Positions 25,322 to 38,219 of a stretch of DNA of 45,741 bases are shown here, piece by piece. The notes beneath the pieces were generated by a model. It was given only the letters and a program-made list of their open reading frames with translations. It searched no databases and was not told the DNA's origin. Every line of letters begins with the position of its first letter. Position 1 is the stretch's first letter. Source of the stretch: Octopus bimaculoides (taxonomy: Eukaryota); the NCBI RefSeq assembly GCF_001194135.2, contig NC_068999.1:20127817-20173557 (forward strand), read 5' to 3'. Made by a program: the position numbers and the translations under genes.

Positions 25322-26035
25322 CAGTATGTATTCCACACATACTGAAATACATGCAGATGATGTTAGAAATGAGTATCCGTATAACAATAAACTTATATAT
25401 CCTGATTTGAAGAATAAACATAATTTTATAAAAATAAGTCAAAATGAATATTCAAACATTATAACTTTGTGCATTTTATATAATTCCGCCTACACCAACG
25501 GCACGTTTAGTTTCGGTTCTTATTTACAGACTTGTGTTATCATTGTATCTTTCAGTGTGAACGGCATTGTTGTTTATACCAATTAATCGCAAAACGTTCA
25601 ATTTATGCCAACAAGGAATAATAATTACATGATTCGTTGTGTTTATTAACCTGGGATTAGCTTTTAAAGTATTTAGTGGATGATAATGTGAAAAGTATAA
25701 AACATTTCCTATCACCTTAGTATAGTTTGCATGAGTTTAAGGTTGCTCATACTATGACAACTACAGCTCAGATTTGGATTTAAAATATATTGAGAAAATT
25801 TAAATAGATCCATTTTACATTATAGATTGAGCGCTTGACAAATAAACTCACGTAGAAAATAATTTGAAAAATTATCAGTTCTGAAGGACTAAGCCCTAGA
25901 ATTTGTATGATTTTACACAATCGTTTATTCGTTAATTTGCAATTATGAGATACTCTACATTTACAACGAGACTCATTTTCCTAGTGAGATTGATTATGAG
26001 AGCTAAGTAGCATTGGGCTTTTCAAGCGAATAATA

Positions 26036-26339
<304 letters not shown>

Positions 26340-26589
26340 TCAGAACATCGTGCTTGTGGGAACTGCCCATAATCTATGTAAAATGCTGTCAATGTAATCT
26401 CAAATTTTAAAGCAAACTCATAATATTGTTATGTTTTCTTAAACGTTCTCTAGAGCAATACTATGTACAAAACCGAATAAATGACACCGTAGGCATACCA
26501 CCAACATGGCCTTGTAACTTGTTGTCTCTTGAGGTCTCTGGAGGAGACTTGGAGTCAGCTTGCACAAATACAAAGCAAAAGTCAAACAT

Positions 26590-26592
<3 letters not shown>

Positions 26593-26646
<54 letters not shown>

Positions 26647-26670
26647 TATTATTATTATTATTATTATTAT
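26593..26670. repeat. (AAT)n switching to (ATT)n
   Basis: Seen directly. Confidence 0.95.
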
Positions 26671-26684
26671 ACGAAGAATAATTT

Positions 26685-26852
26685 TCCTTCGCCTTTACAC
26701 TCTGAGTTCAAATATGCCGAAATCGACTCTGCCCTTCAGTTTTTCTGGGCCGATAGAATAAATACCACTCAAGTTTTGGGTCCGATGAGATCGACAATCT
26801 CCCTAACCATAAAATGTAAGGGCTGATGCCTATAGTAGAGATGATTATTGTA
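26685..26852 (+). mobile_element. SINE family B, 5'-truncated and diverged
   Basis: ctgagttcaaat.gccgaaatcgactctgcccttca aligns with the family body. Confidence 0.65.
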
Positions 26853-27000
26853 GTTGACATTATTGTTGTTTGTTCTGGTTTTTTTGGGGTTTTTGTCTTT
26901 TTGTAGTAGCTCTTGAAGTTCAGTCTACGACTGACGAATGTCGCTTTATTACAAGGTGTATAGTGTATAGTTATCCAGCCGCTATAAGTATTATTATATA

Positions 27001-27970
27001 GGTGCAGGAGTGGCTGTGTGGTAAGTAGCTTGCCTACCAAACACATGGTTCCGGGTTCAGTCCCATTACGTGGCACCTTGGGCAAGTATCTTCTACTATA
27101 GTCTCGGGCCGACCAGAGCCTTGTGAGTGAATTTGGTAGACGTAAACTGAAAGAAGCCCGTCGTATCTATGTATATATATATATATATNNNNNNNNNNNN
27201 NNNNNNNNNNNNNNNNNNNNNNNNNNNNNNNNNNNNNNNNNNNNNNNNNNNNNNNNNNNNNNNNNNNNNNNNNNNNNNNNNNNNNNNNNNNNNNNNNNNN
27301 NNNNNNNNNNNNNNNNNNNNNNNNNNNNNNNNNNNNNNNNNNNNNNNNNNNNNNNNNNNNNNNNNNNNNNNNNNNNNNNNNNNNNNNNNNNNNNNNNNNN
27401 NNNNNNNNNNNNNNNNNNNNNNNNNNNNNNNNNNNNNNNNNNNNNNNNNNNNNNNNNNNNNNNNNNNNNNNNNNNNNNNNNNNNNNNNNNNNNNNNNNNN
27501 NNNNNNNNNNNNNNNNNNNNNNNNNNNNNNNNNNNNNNNNNNNNNNNNNNNNNNNNNNNNNNNNNNNNNNNNNNNNNNNNNNNNNNNNNNNNNNNNNNNN
27601 NNNNNNNNNNNNNNNNNNNNNNNNNNNNNNNNNNNNNNNNNNNNNNNNNNNNNNNNNNNNNNNNNNNNNNNNNNNNNNNNNNNNNNNNNNNNNNNNNNNN
27701 NNNNNNNNNNNNNNNNNNNNNNNNNNNNNNNNNNNNNNNNNNNNNNNNNNNNNNNNNNNNNNNNNNNNNNNNNNNNNNNNNNNNNNNNNNNNNNNNNNNN
27801 NNNNNNNNNNNNNNNNNNNNNNNNNNNNNNNNNNNNNNNNNNNNNNNNNNNNNNNNNNNNNNNNNNNNNNNNNNNNNNNNNNNNNNNNNNNNNNNNNNNN
27901 NNNNNNNNNNNNNNNNNNNNNNNNNNNNNNNNNNNNNNNNNNNNNNNNNNNNNNNNNNNNNNNNNNNNNN

Positions 27971-28018
<48 letters not shown>

Positions 28019-28238
28019 TGTGTGTCTGTGTTAGTCCCCCCACCCAACATCGCTTGGCAACCGATGCTGGTGTGTTTACGTCCGCGTAACTTAGAGGTTC
28101 GGCAATAGAGACCGATAGAATAAGTACTACGCTTACAAAGAATAAGTCCAGGGGTTGATTTGTTCGACTAAAGGCCGTGCTCCAGCATGACCGCAGTCAA
28201 ATGACTGAATGAAGTAAAAGAGTAAAAGTGTAAAAGAG
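27001..28238 (+). mobile_element. tRNA-derived SINE family A, full length, with internal (TA)n spanning a gap
   Basis: A-box tggctgtgtgg, B-box ggttcagtccc, ccttgggcaagt (resembles the start of the CORE domain), an internal microsatellite/gap at 27170-28015, then the 3' half ending in a gtaaaaga tail repeated three times. Confidence 0.88.
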
Positions 28239-29485
28239 CATTGTAAATTTCTCTCTACAGTAGTGACGTCAGATTATTCATTCTCTGTTTTATTAGTATT
28301 TCTATCACCCATATATATATTTCTCCTAATAACTTAGAGATACATTTGTTATTTTTATGAGTATATGAGGACACTTATCATGTTCTACATATGTATTTGG
28401 AATCATTATTTACATTGATGCTATTACAGAATCCCCTGGGTTGCTGTCTTTATTATTCACTAGAGCGTTAACTTGTTTCATTGCATTGTTTTTGTTTTTT
28501 TTATATATTTCTACTAAACATTTCATTTTCTTTTCTTTCTCATGTCGGGATCATGAATTATAGAAAATATCCTTAGGCATTAATGTATCATTTGTAAAAC
28601 CATCACAATGTACTTTATTTACCCTTAGCAATCGTATAAAATATTAACAGATATGTTAATATGATGTAATATTCTCATTAATTTGATGTTAGAATTATAC
28701 GATAGTTTTCATCGTTTCTACTTCTCATGAAATTTTCATTATAATAGGATACATTATCTTTAATATCTTTCGTTTAGCTGAAAGATTTGATATTGTTAGA
28801 GATATTTCTAACAATACTATTTACTAAAGAATTGGGATGGGTAGATATTTCATTTATTTATTGTAAGGTTTCGTTAGACTTATGAATTGAGTTTTAGAGT
28901 ACAAGGAAATTAATAATTTGTATATTCTTATCGAAAGTGATACGGAGATTGCATATCCTAAAGAGTTTGTAGTTAGAATTTCTAAGGTATTCTCAGTGAG
29001 AAGAAACGTAATTAATTGTTGAAAGTTGTAAAAAAAAAAAAGTAATCTTCTTGATACAATCCAGTGCCTAAACCTGAACACGTCTCTTTTGAATTCACAT
29101 ATGTGATATAAGCCAAATAAATGTGTTACCAAAGCGAAATCAGAGAAACGTATAGTAATATCGAAATTATCAGATCTATATTTACTAATCCAATAATGAC
29201 GTTCGAAAAATATCTATGTAATTATAGCAAGTAAACTTATGTTATTATCACAGTCTTAAACTAGAAAACTTTCTAGCAAACATGAGAGAGTTATTCAATA
29301 ATGTGGGGAAAACCATGGATAATAGTTACCAATGCAAAACAGTAAGATGGGTGTTTTCTGCTCAGTTTGCAACATAACATTCAGTTGTCTAAAATTATAC
29401 AAATTATTGCAGAGACATTTCTACAGGACTATTTGTTTTCGGTACTATATTTTCTAAGAATCTCTTAGTGTATATGCGTATACAC

Positions 29486-29524
<39 letters not shown>

Positions 29525-30419
29525 NNNNNNNNNNNNNNNNNNNNNNNNNNNNNNNNNNNNNNNNNNNNNNNNNNNNNNNNNNNNNNNNNNNNNNNNNNNN
29601 NNNNNNNNNNNNNNNNNNNNNNNNNNNNNNNNNNNNNNNNNNNNNNNNNNNNNNNNNNNNNNNNNNNNNNNNNNNNNNNNNNNNNNNNNNNNNNNNNNNN
29701 NNNNNNNNNNNNNNNNNNNNNNNNNNNNNNNNNNNNNNNNNNNNNNNNNNNNNNNNNNNNNNNNNNNNNNNNNNNNNNNNNNNNNNNNNNNNNNNNNNNN
29801 NNNNNNNNNNNNNNNNNNNNNNNNNNNNNNNNNNNNNNNNNNNNNNNNNNNNNNNNNNNNNNNNNNNNNNNNNNNNNNNNNNNNNNNNNNNNNNNNNNNN
29901 NNNNNNNNNNNNNNNNNNNNNNNNNNNNNNNNNNNNNNNNNNNNNNNNNNNNNNNNNNNNNNNNNNNNNNNNNNNNNNNNNNNNNNNNNNNNNNNNNNNN
30001 NNNNNNNNNNNNNNNNNNNNNNNNNNNNNNNNNNNNNNNNNNNNNNNNNNNNNNNNNNNNNNNNNNNNNNNNNNNNNNNNNNNNNNNNNNNNNNNNNNNN
30101 NNNNNNNNNNNNNNNNNNNNNNNNNNNNNNNNNNNNNNNNNNNNNNNNNNNNNNNNNNNNNNNNNNNNNNNNNNNNNNNNNNNNNNNNNNNNNNNNNNNN
30201 NNNNNNNNNNNNNNNNNNNNNNNNNNNNNNNNNNNNNNNNNNNNNNNNNNNNNNNNNNNNNNNNNNTGTACACCAATTGCATACATATTTTTTGTACGCA
30301 TACATGTTCGTATGTGTGTGTGTGTGTGTGTTGGCCGTATATCAACAAAACACACAAACCTTGCCTTACATATATATACTGATAAATGATTTGAAATAAA
30401 TATATTTTGGAAATGGCGA

Positions 30420-30756
30420 TTTACGGTACAATACCTAGAAACGTGAAAATCAGACCACATGGGTTTGTTTACATCAATTCGGCAGAGATAGAGAGAGCGC
30501 GCTCTCCCTCGCTATCTCTCTCCCTCCCTTACACACATTTATCTCTCTTTCTTTCTTTCTTTCTCTCTCTCCCTGTTTCACACACACACATCAACATTAC
30601 ACACACACACACATGCTGCTCTGTCACACTAACAAAAGAACTTCACATACACACCACACTTTCTGTCTGGCATACTCACTATAAAAAGATAGCGTCTATT
30701 TCTTTTTGGCAACATGTGTTTTGTGTGTAGTGTTGCTGTGTGTGTGTGTGTTAGAG

Positions 30757-30791
<35 letters not shown>

Positions 30792-31210
30792 GAGATAACT
30801 GGCATGTGTATGTAAGGGAGGGATAGATAGAGAGAGGGAGAGAGAAAGAGAGAGAGAGAGAGAAAGAGAGAGGGAGGGGTATTTTTTTCTGTTTAATTGC
30901 TGCTTACCACACAGACGCTGGCAAAGAAATGTAACTCTCCTTCACCCTCCCTCTCACAAACATACAATATCTCTCTCTCCCTATCTATCTCTCTCTCTCT
31001 CTCTCTCTCAACTTCAGCGCGTACGCACAGATTTGACTTCGCCATGTCAACAAACTTCAAAATTGGTAAAAGTTTATCGATTATTACAGGTATACGCGAG
31101 TACCTCTGAGAGAGAAAGTTCACTAAAATGCACATAGGGTCATTCCGAATCTTCTCCTAAAATTGGAGCGACATGCGTGCTAATTCGTGGACGTGCATAA
31201 ACCACATTCA
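30420..31210. promoter_or_regulatory. Possible promoter/5'UTR region
   Basis: Local CpG enrichment among CT/GA tracts. gccATG at 31044 is followed by candidate donors after 31065 and 31089. Confidence 0.25.
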
Positions 31211-32549
31211 CGTACACACACACACACACANNNNNNNNNNNNNNNNNNNNNNNNNNNNNNNNNNNNNNNNNNNNNNNNNNNNNNNNNNNNNNNNNNNNNN
31301 NNNNNNNNNNNNNNNNNNNNNNNNNNNNNNNNNNNNNNNNNNNNNNNNNNNNNNNNNNNNNNNNNNNNNNNNNNNNNNNNNNNNNNNNNNNNNNNNNNNN
31401 NNNNNNNNNNNNNNNNNNNNNNNNNNNNNNNNNNNNNNNNNNNNNNNNNNNNNNNNNNNNNNNNNNNNNNNNNNNNNNNNNNNNNNNNNNNNNNNNNNNN
31501 NNNNNNNNNNNNNNNNNNNNNNNNNNNNNNNNNNNNNNNNNNNNNNNNNNNNNNNNNNNNNNNNNNNNNNNNNNNNNNNNNNNNNNNNNNNNGTACAATG
31601 GTAAAGTTAGCAGTACATTTTATGGATAAACAGCTGTAAGACTTTATACATACAAACGCTAATACACGACCTATGTTATAATCCCCACTCTTGTTCATAC
31701 AACGAATGGGGCAAAACTAGCCGGTATACAGCACTTACTCGGTATTACTTGTATCTTTGGGTTTGGTTAAATCCAATACCCTTCCTATCCTAACCTTATA
31801 TATATATTATAATGTACTGTTCCGTGATGGAAAATTCAACAATAACAGTACTCCATCCGGTGAGAGTTAATTATTATTTATTTAAAGGGCATAATAGACG
31901 TATTAAAGCGTTACTAATAGTTCCATATGTTTAGAAACTCAAACATATTCTAGAAAGAATATGAGTCAGGAATAAAAGGAATTTTCCAGTACCTTAAAAT
32001 ATATTTATACATGTACATGCAACTACTGAAAATTTCTGACCTAGAATTCAGTAGATTACCTGCACATGATCCAATATATGTCTTTTTATCAGTTGTATTA
32101 ATATTTACGCTTGCATTAACTTCTGACTGACATATGATATATTTAATCATACATCATTGGTCAAGTGGAAAAGACCCTGGGTCAAGACAGATCACGTGTA
32201 ATGATACTCTTCATATTGGGGCAGCAGCTATATGGTAACTTCATAGAACGCTGATTAAATATTTCCTGTATCTGTATGAAGCTGGAAAGAGTTTGTCTAG
32301 GAGAGACAGGAATCTTTTTCCTATGTTAGCTTTTAGTTTGTGTATTTTTGTTTCCCGTTTTTCGTTTTCTGTTGTTTACTCTCTGCGTTTCGTATATGCT
32401 ACTGTGTCAGATTTTCTTTTATCCTTAATTTTTTGTTTACTTCGTTATGATATGTGGGTTGCTCCTGAAGAATTATGTTTTCTCAACGTAGGAAACTATT
32501 AGTTGCGCTTTAATACATGTATTGTGCCTTTTAAATATATAATGTATAC

Positions 32550-33346
32550 GCAGGAATGTATGTGTGGTAAGAAACTTGCTTTCACATGGTTCTGGGTTCA
32601 GTCGCACGGTGTGAAATCTTGGGCAAGTGTCTTCTACTATAACCTCGAGCTGAATAAAACCTTGTGAGTGGATTTGGTAGACAGAAACTGTAAAAAAGCC
32701 CGTCGTGTATATATATATATATATATATATATNNNNNNNNNNNNNNNNNNNNNNNNNNNNNNNNNNNNNNNNNNNNNNNNNNNNNNNNNNNNNNNNNNNN
32801 NNNNNNNNNNNNNNNNNNNNNNNNNNNNNNNNNNNNNNNNNNNNNNNNNNNNNNNNNNNNNNNNNNNNNNNNNNNNNNNNNNNNNNNNNNNNNNNNNNNN
32901 NNNNNNNNNNNNNNNNNNNNNNNNNNNNNNNNNNNNNNNNNNNNNNNNNNNNNNNNNNNNNNNNNNNNNNNNNNNNNNNNNNNNNNNNNNNNNNNNNNNN
33001 NNNNNNNNNNNNNNNNNNNNNNNNNNNNNNNNNNNNNNNNNNNNNNNNNNNNNATATATATTAGTTTATGTATATATTAATATTATCTCAGTTTTTATTT
33101 ATATGCGTTTTGCTCCATTTATTGTTATTATTCATATATATATATATATTGTGTGTTTCGTTTTTTGTCCGACCACCATCGCTTGACAACCGATGTTGTT
33201 GTGTTTATGGTCTCATCAACTACCGGTTCGGCAAAAGAGCCCGATAGAATAAGTACTAAGCTTACAAAGAATAAGTCCTGGGTTCGATTTGTTCGGCTAA
33301 AAGCGACACTCCAGCCTAGCTGCAGTCAAATTACTAAACAGGCAAA
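32550..33346 (+). mobile_element. SINE family A, full length, diverged
   Basis: Colinear with 27001-28238 on both sides of the internal (TA)n/gap. Confidence 0.85.
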
Positions 33347-33480
33347 GTATAAAACAATATATATAAATATATATATAACAGAGTAAGCACATAAATGTGA
33401 AACACGGTACTGAAAGTAGTACTCGAATACCAGAGGTAGAGTAATAAGCTTTATTAAAAAGTGGCAAAAATATCACAAAA

Positions 33481-33516
33481 ATTGTTACTCAGAGTTTCAC
33501 GCACCAGTCGTCGGAA
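33481..33516 (-). ncRNA. Decayed minimal hammerhead motif, probably from a Penelope-like element terminal repeat
   Basis: Minus strand reads CCGACGA ctggtgcgt GAA actctgagt A. The core, near-palindromic stem III (actc-t-gagt) and GUA triplet are retained, but stems I and II no longer pair. A minus-strand AATAAA lies about 30 nt downstream (33450-33455). Confidence 0.45.
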
Positions 33517-33894
33517 GTTTCGTTTAGAATGAAGCAAGATAAAGTTATATGCAGAAATACAATTACTTTGATAGATACACCTTTGAAAATGGTTTTGTTT
33601 CATTGGTCCTTTTCAATAACCGGTTTCAGTTTATTACGAATTGCGGTCTAAAATCATATTATTAGAAAAATCAAAGAACACCTTAAATTGAAAATAGCTT
33701 ATGAAGAAGGAAAAAGGCCTGAATACCCAGGGTAAATAATTAGCTGTAAAAATAATAGTAAATTAATAAATTAAAAGATACATCCGTTTAAAACATTTTT
33801 ACGCTAACACACATATACATTACGCAATAAATACACATACCAAATAATCTATAATATACGTATATACACTCAACTTAAATTGTAAATGTAGTTT

Positions 33895-34045
33895 GGTTAG
33901 AATGCAGAAAATTGCCACTCTTATCCTGTTGCTTCTTCACACATTCGTTTTCTTAATCATCAGCATTCTCCTTTTCATGGCTCTTTGCATCGCTCTTAAT
34001 TTACTTACAACATTCTTGTTAGTTGTCTATATTCACCTTTCAATT
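33895..34045 (-). mobile_element. RTE-like LINE fragment downstream of the RT core
   Basis: Minus-strand translation SKLRAMQRAMKRRMLMI...*RSNRIR resembles the RTE motif KL..xQRAMERxMLGI...NxxIR. Confidence 0.55.
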
Positions 34046-34877
34046 TCATGTCTGATTTTTATCCTTTAAACATACTTTACTATGGTATGTGTTTGTGTTT
34101 ACACTTTCAAATGTTTAATCATCCATTACTATATTTCCAGCTGTGATTAAATGATTAGAGATTATATTCATATATAGGTAGGTAGGATTTTCTATGTATT
34201 AATTTGAATGTATTTGAATAAAAACTTCAGTACGTAAATTTTCTTCATTTTCTTTTTTAAGATTTATTTAGGTAACTATACGCTTCGTTGATAAACTAAT
34301 ATACTTGGTTTTCTCTGAACGCTGGTATAAACCGGTAAACTAGGGCGCTCGCATCCTTTAAGGGACTTTAGTTCTTTGATTTATTAAATGAAATTGAATT
34401 ATATATANNNNNNNNNNNNNNNNNNNNNNNNNNNNNNNNNNNNNNNNNNNNNNNNNNNNNNNNNNNNNNNNNNNNNNNNNNNNNNNNNNNNNNNNNNNNN
34501 NNNNNNNNNNNNNNNNNNNNNNNNNNNNNNNNNNNNNNNNNNNNNNNNNNNNNNNNNNNNNNNNNNNNNNNNNNNNNNNNNNNNNNNNNNNNNNNNNNNN
34601 NNNNNNNNNNNNNNNNNNNNNNNNNNNNNNNNNNNNNNNNNNNNNNNNNNNNNNNNNNNNNNNNNNNNNNNNNNNNNNNNNNNNNNNNNNNNNNNNNNNN
34701 NNNNNNNNNNNNNNNNNNNNNNNNNNNNNNNNNNNNNNNNNNNNNNNNNNNNNNNNNNNNNNNNNNNNNNNNNNNNNNNNNNNNNNNNNNNNNNNNNNNN
34801 NNNNNNNNNNNNNNNNNNNNNNNNNNNNNNNNNNNNNNNNNNNNNNNNNNNNNNNNNNNNNNNNNNNNNNNNNNNNN

Positions 34878-34937
<60 letters not shown>

Positions 34938-35640
34938 AATCGCACCTAGACATCCCAAAGAAATAGGATAGGAAGCGATGTGGAACCTTTATTAAATATT
35001 ACACTTGCTCCTATCCCTTGTCTTTAAAGACGAGATTTTTCATTGCCTGATCTTATAGCAGTTAATCATTTGAGGTATAATTTCATATTTGGAATGGTCC
35101 AAGATAGAGACTTATTTTAAAACATTACTTGATTGGTTGTTTATTATCTTGCCTACGTTTAAAACTGCTGTTGTTATTTGAATGAAATTCTCTTATCTGT
35201 ACACTGAACTCTTATATATAACCTACATTTTATACAGATTGGCTTTGCACTTAAATCACTGGCGTGGTCTCATAGTCCAGCAACTACGCTATCAAGTGGA
35301 AATGTTTTATGCAAGGAATTATTTAAATAGATGCATCGATGAGCTTTGAATTGTTGGTCTCTGATGAATCCTATTTCAAACATCAGGTCATACACTATTA
35401 TTAATTTCACAAATGTGCTTGAAAGGAATTTATGTCTGTCTTAGTAACGGTGTATTAAATGTATAAATCATAGATAAACAAACTTATAATCACATTGATG
35501 GACATAGTTATACACACTAACATATCTTCGTATATATAATCAGAAACATAGATATATCGACATGCTAACGCACATGCAAGCTTACACGTTTGGACACACA
35601 CACGCATATCTATATATCTATCTATTTATCTGTCTATCAA

Positions 35641-35692
<52 letters not shown>

Positions 35693-35726
35693 CGCGCGCG
35701 TACGTGTGTGTATGTATATGTACATG

Positions 35727-35766
<40 letters not shown>

Positions 35767-36146
35767 CAAATATTATATCAGGACCCCATAGGTATATCGA
35801 AACAGTGAGGTCGATCTTTACTAACCCAAAAATTTATTATCAAATTTGATATTGGGAAAGTAATACCCTCTCGAAATTGAGGTAGATATACTACAGTATC
35901 TGAGGCACTATCCTTTCAACCTTCTGACTTTCCAGTCAAAGGGGACGTAATTTTAATTCTTCCTCTTGATTTTTCCGATTTCTTTTTCATTTTCCGGTTT
36001 CTCAACCTATGTGAGAAGAGCCTGAGGATTGCCTGAATGTACCAGACTTATTAAGAACGCTGTCCGAACTGTGATCATCACATGAAACTAATAGTAGATT
36101 ATGAATATATATATTGTATTTATTAAATAATATATATATGTGTGTA

Positions 36147-36177
<31 letters not shown>

Positions 36178-36429
36178 CTGCGAGTGTGTGTGCCTATCAA
36201 GACAAACTTCAATACATGCAGATACATTTTATGATCGAGGTTTTATGAAATGAAATATCAGTTTATTGCATGTGTTAGTTCTACCCACCATTCCTTCCCT
36301 TACTCAGAATTTTAAGTTTAAATATTGTTCTCTAGTAGTGACTGTAGAAATATTAGAATTGCATCAGATAGAAGTCATATATAAACCTAGCATGCATCTG
36401 TTTTAAAGCTACTATTCATTTACCAATTT

Positions 36430-36493
36430 ATTCTCTCTCTTATTCTCTCCCTTACTCTCTCTCTCTCTCTCTCTGTCTGTCTCTCTCTCCCTC

Positions 36494-36560
<67 letters not shown>
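36430..36560. repeat. (CT)n microsatellite
   Basis: Seen directly. Confidence 0.93.
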
Positions 36561-36562
<2 letters not shown>

Positions 36563-38129
36563 CTCTCAAAAATATAAAATTTTCCTCGATAGTTGTAATA
36601 TTCTTGAGTAGATTCCCATGAGATAGTTTAAGTTAAATACTAGATTAAACTATTTCTTTTGAATTTTGATTCTTCTCTGAAGGTCATCTTTCTGCCCTGT
36701 GTCCCATCTACAATGGACAGCTTTCTTGGAACGAAATCATAGCAGATTGCATTGGAACAGTAAAATATCAATATTGGATTTCGCTCCTATCTGTCTTTGA
36801 GCGAAGCTATCTTGAAAACTGCGCCACTTCATTTATTTTGATCTCAGAGCACTAAGTTTACATTCTTATTTTGATGTAGAGAAGTACAGAAATAATAGGA
36901 GAAAACAAAGTATCTAGAAATGTATTAGCCGACCTGTCTTGCATTTTTCTGAGAGTGTTGTATTACTTAAGGGATATCAAATGCTATTTTTTACAGGTTC
37001 ACTTTCTACATGTGTACTGCCTTTCCTAAACCCGAGAAAGGAAAACGAAATACAGTATTTAAAGTTTTCTCTCTCGACATATTATGAGTTAAAAATGGAA
37101 GTATTTGATTCATGAAATATTTCTTTTATTTAGCACCTGCATTCAAACTGTGTACCTCTGTCTCTCTACATCCTGAAAACCTTTAATTCTTACAAACTCA
37201 GTAGCGTATGGTTCATTGTAGAAATTGAAGAATACTGAAATATATGGGTTGCTTTCTAGGGTTCACTTTAAAAAAGATGATCTATTGAATCGATATTGTC
37301 TTCAAATGCCATTCATATTTTAATTCTTTTTTTTTTCTTCTTAAACTTTAATTACGTCTTCTCAGAGTTTCTGTCAACTATTTTGAAAGTCAGTTGTTCG
37401 AAGATATAACGTCTGCTGCAGTAGAATTCTCGACATAAATTGCACAATTTATTCATGCAGTCGGTTGATATATATGCACATGATTGAAGGAATTGATTTA
37501 ATCCACAATAAATATGTGAAAGACAAAGTGACAATGGATGTCTTTTTTTCAATCTCCACAGCAAAAAAAAACAGAAAAGAAAATTAAGCAAGTAATTTCC
37601 ACAAATGCTTTCGTATATTTCTTTATATCCAATGGCAGTAGCTAGCTACTAATATCTTTTTAAATCAAATACGAAAGAAATATTTTAGAAATATCATTTT
37701 AATGTTTTATTTTATCCTATAGTTTAGTTTTTTATAAACGATCTGTGGAAAAAGTTAATACTTTGAAATATATATATAATATTCATAATATAAATAGCTT
37801 TCAGATGGTTAACCGAACTTTATTTTCGCAAAAAAGATGGAAACATTTTATATATCTCTACCTCCCTATTACTGTTGCTGTCCCTTCTCTAAAGCATGTA
37901 TGTACGAGAATTTATGCAAACACACATATTTATATTNNNNNNNNNNNNNNNNNNNNNNNNNNNNNNNNNNNNNNNNNNNNNNNNNNNNNNNNNNNNNNNN
38001 NNNNNNNNNNNNNNNNNNNNNNNNNNNNNNNNNNNNNNNNNNNNNNNNNNNNNNNNNNNNNNNNNNNNNNNNNNNNNNNNNNNNNNNNNNNNNNNNNNNN
38101 NNNNNNNNNNNNNNNNNNNNNNNNNNNNN

Positions 38130-38217
38130 TAGAGGAAACTGAATGAATCCGTCATATATATATGTGTGTGTCTGTCTGTTTGTGTCCCCCACCATCGCTT
38201 GACAAACAATGTTGGTG
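38130..38217 (+). mobile_element. SINE family A internal fragment, cut off by the TIR element
   Basis: ggaaactgaa...gtcccccaccatcgcttgacaa matches the family body. Confidence 0.7.
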
Positions 38218-38219
38218 TA

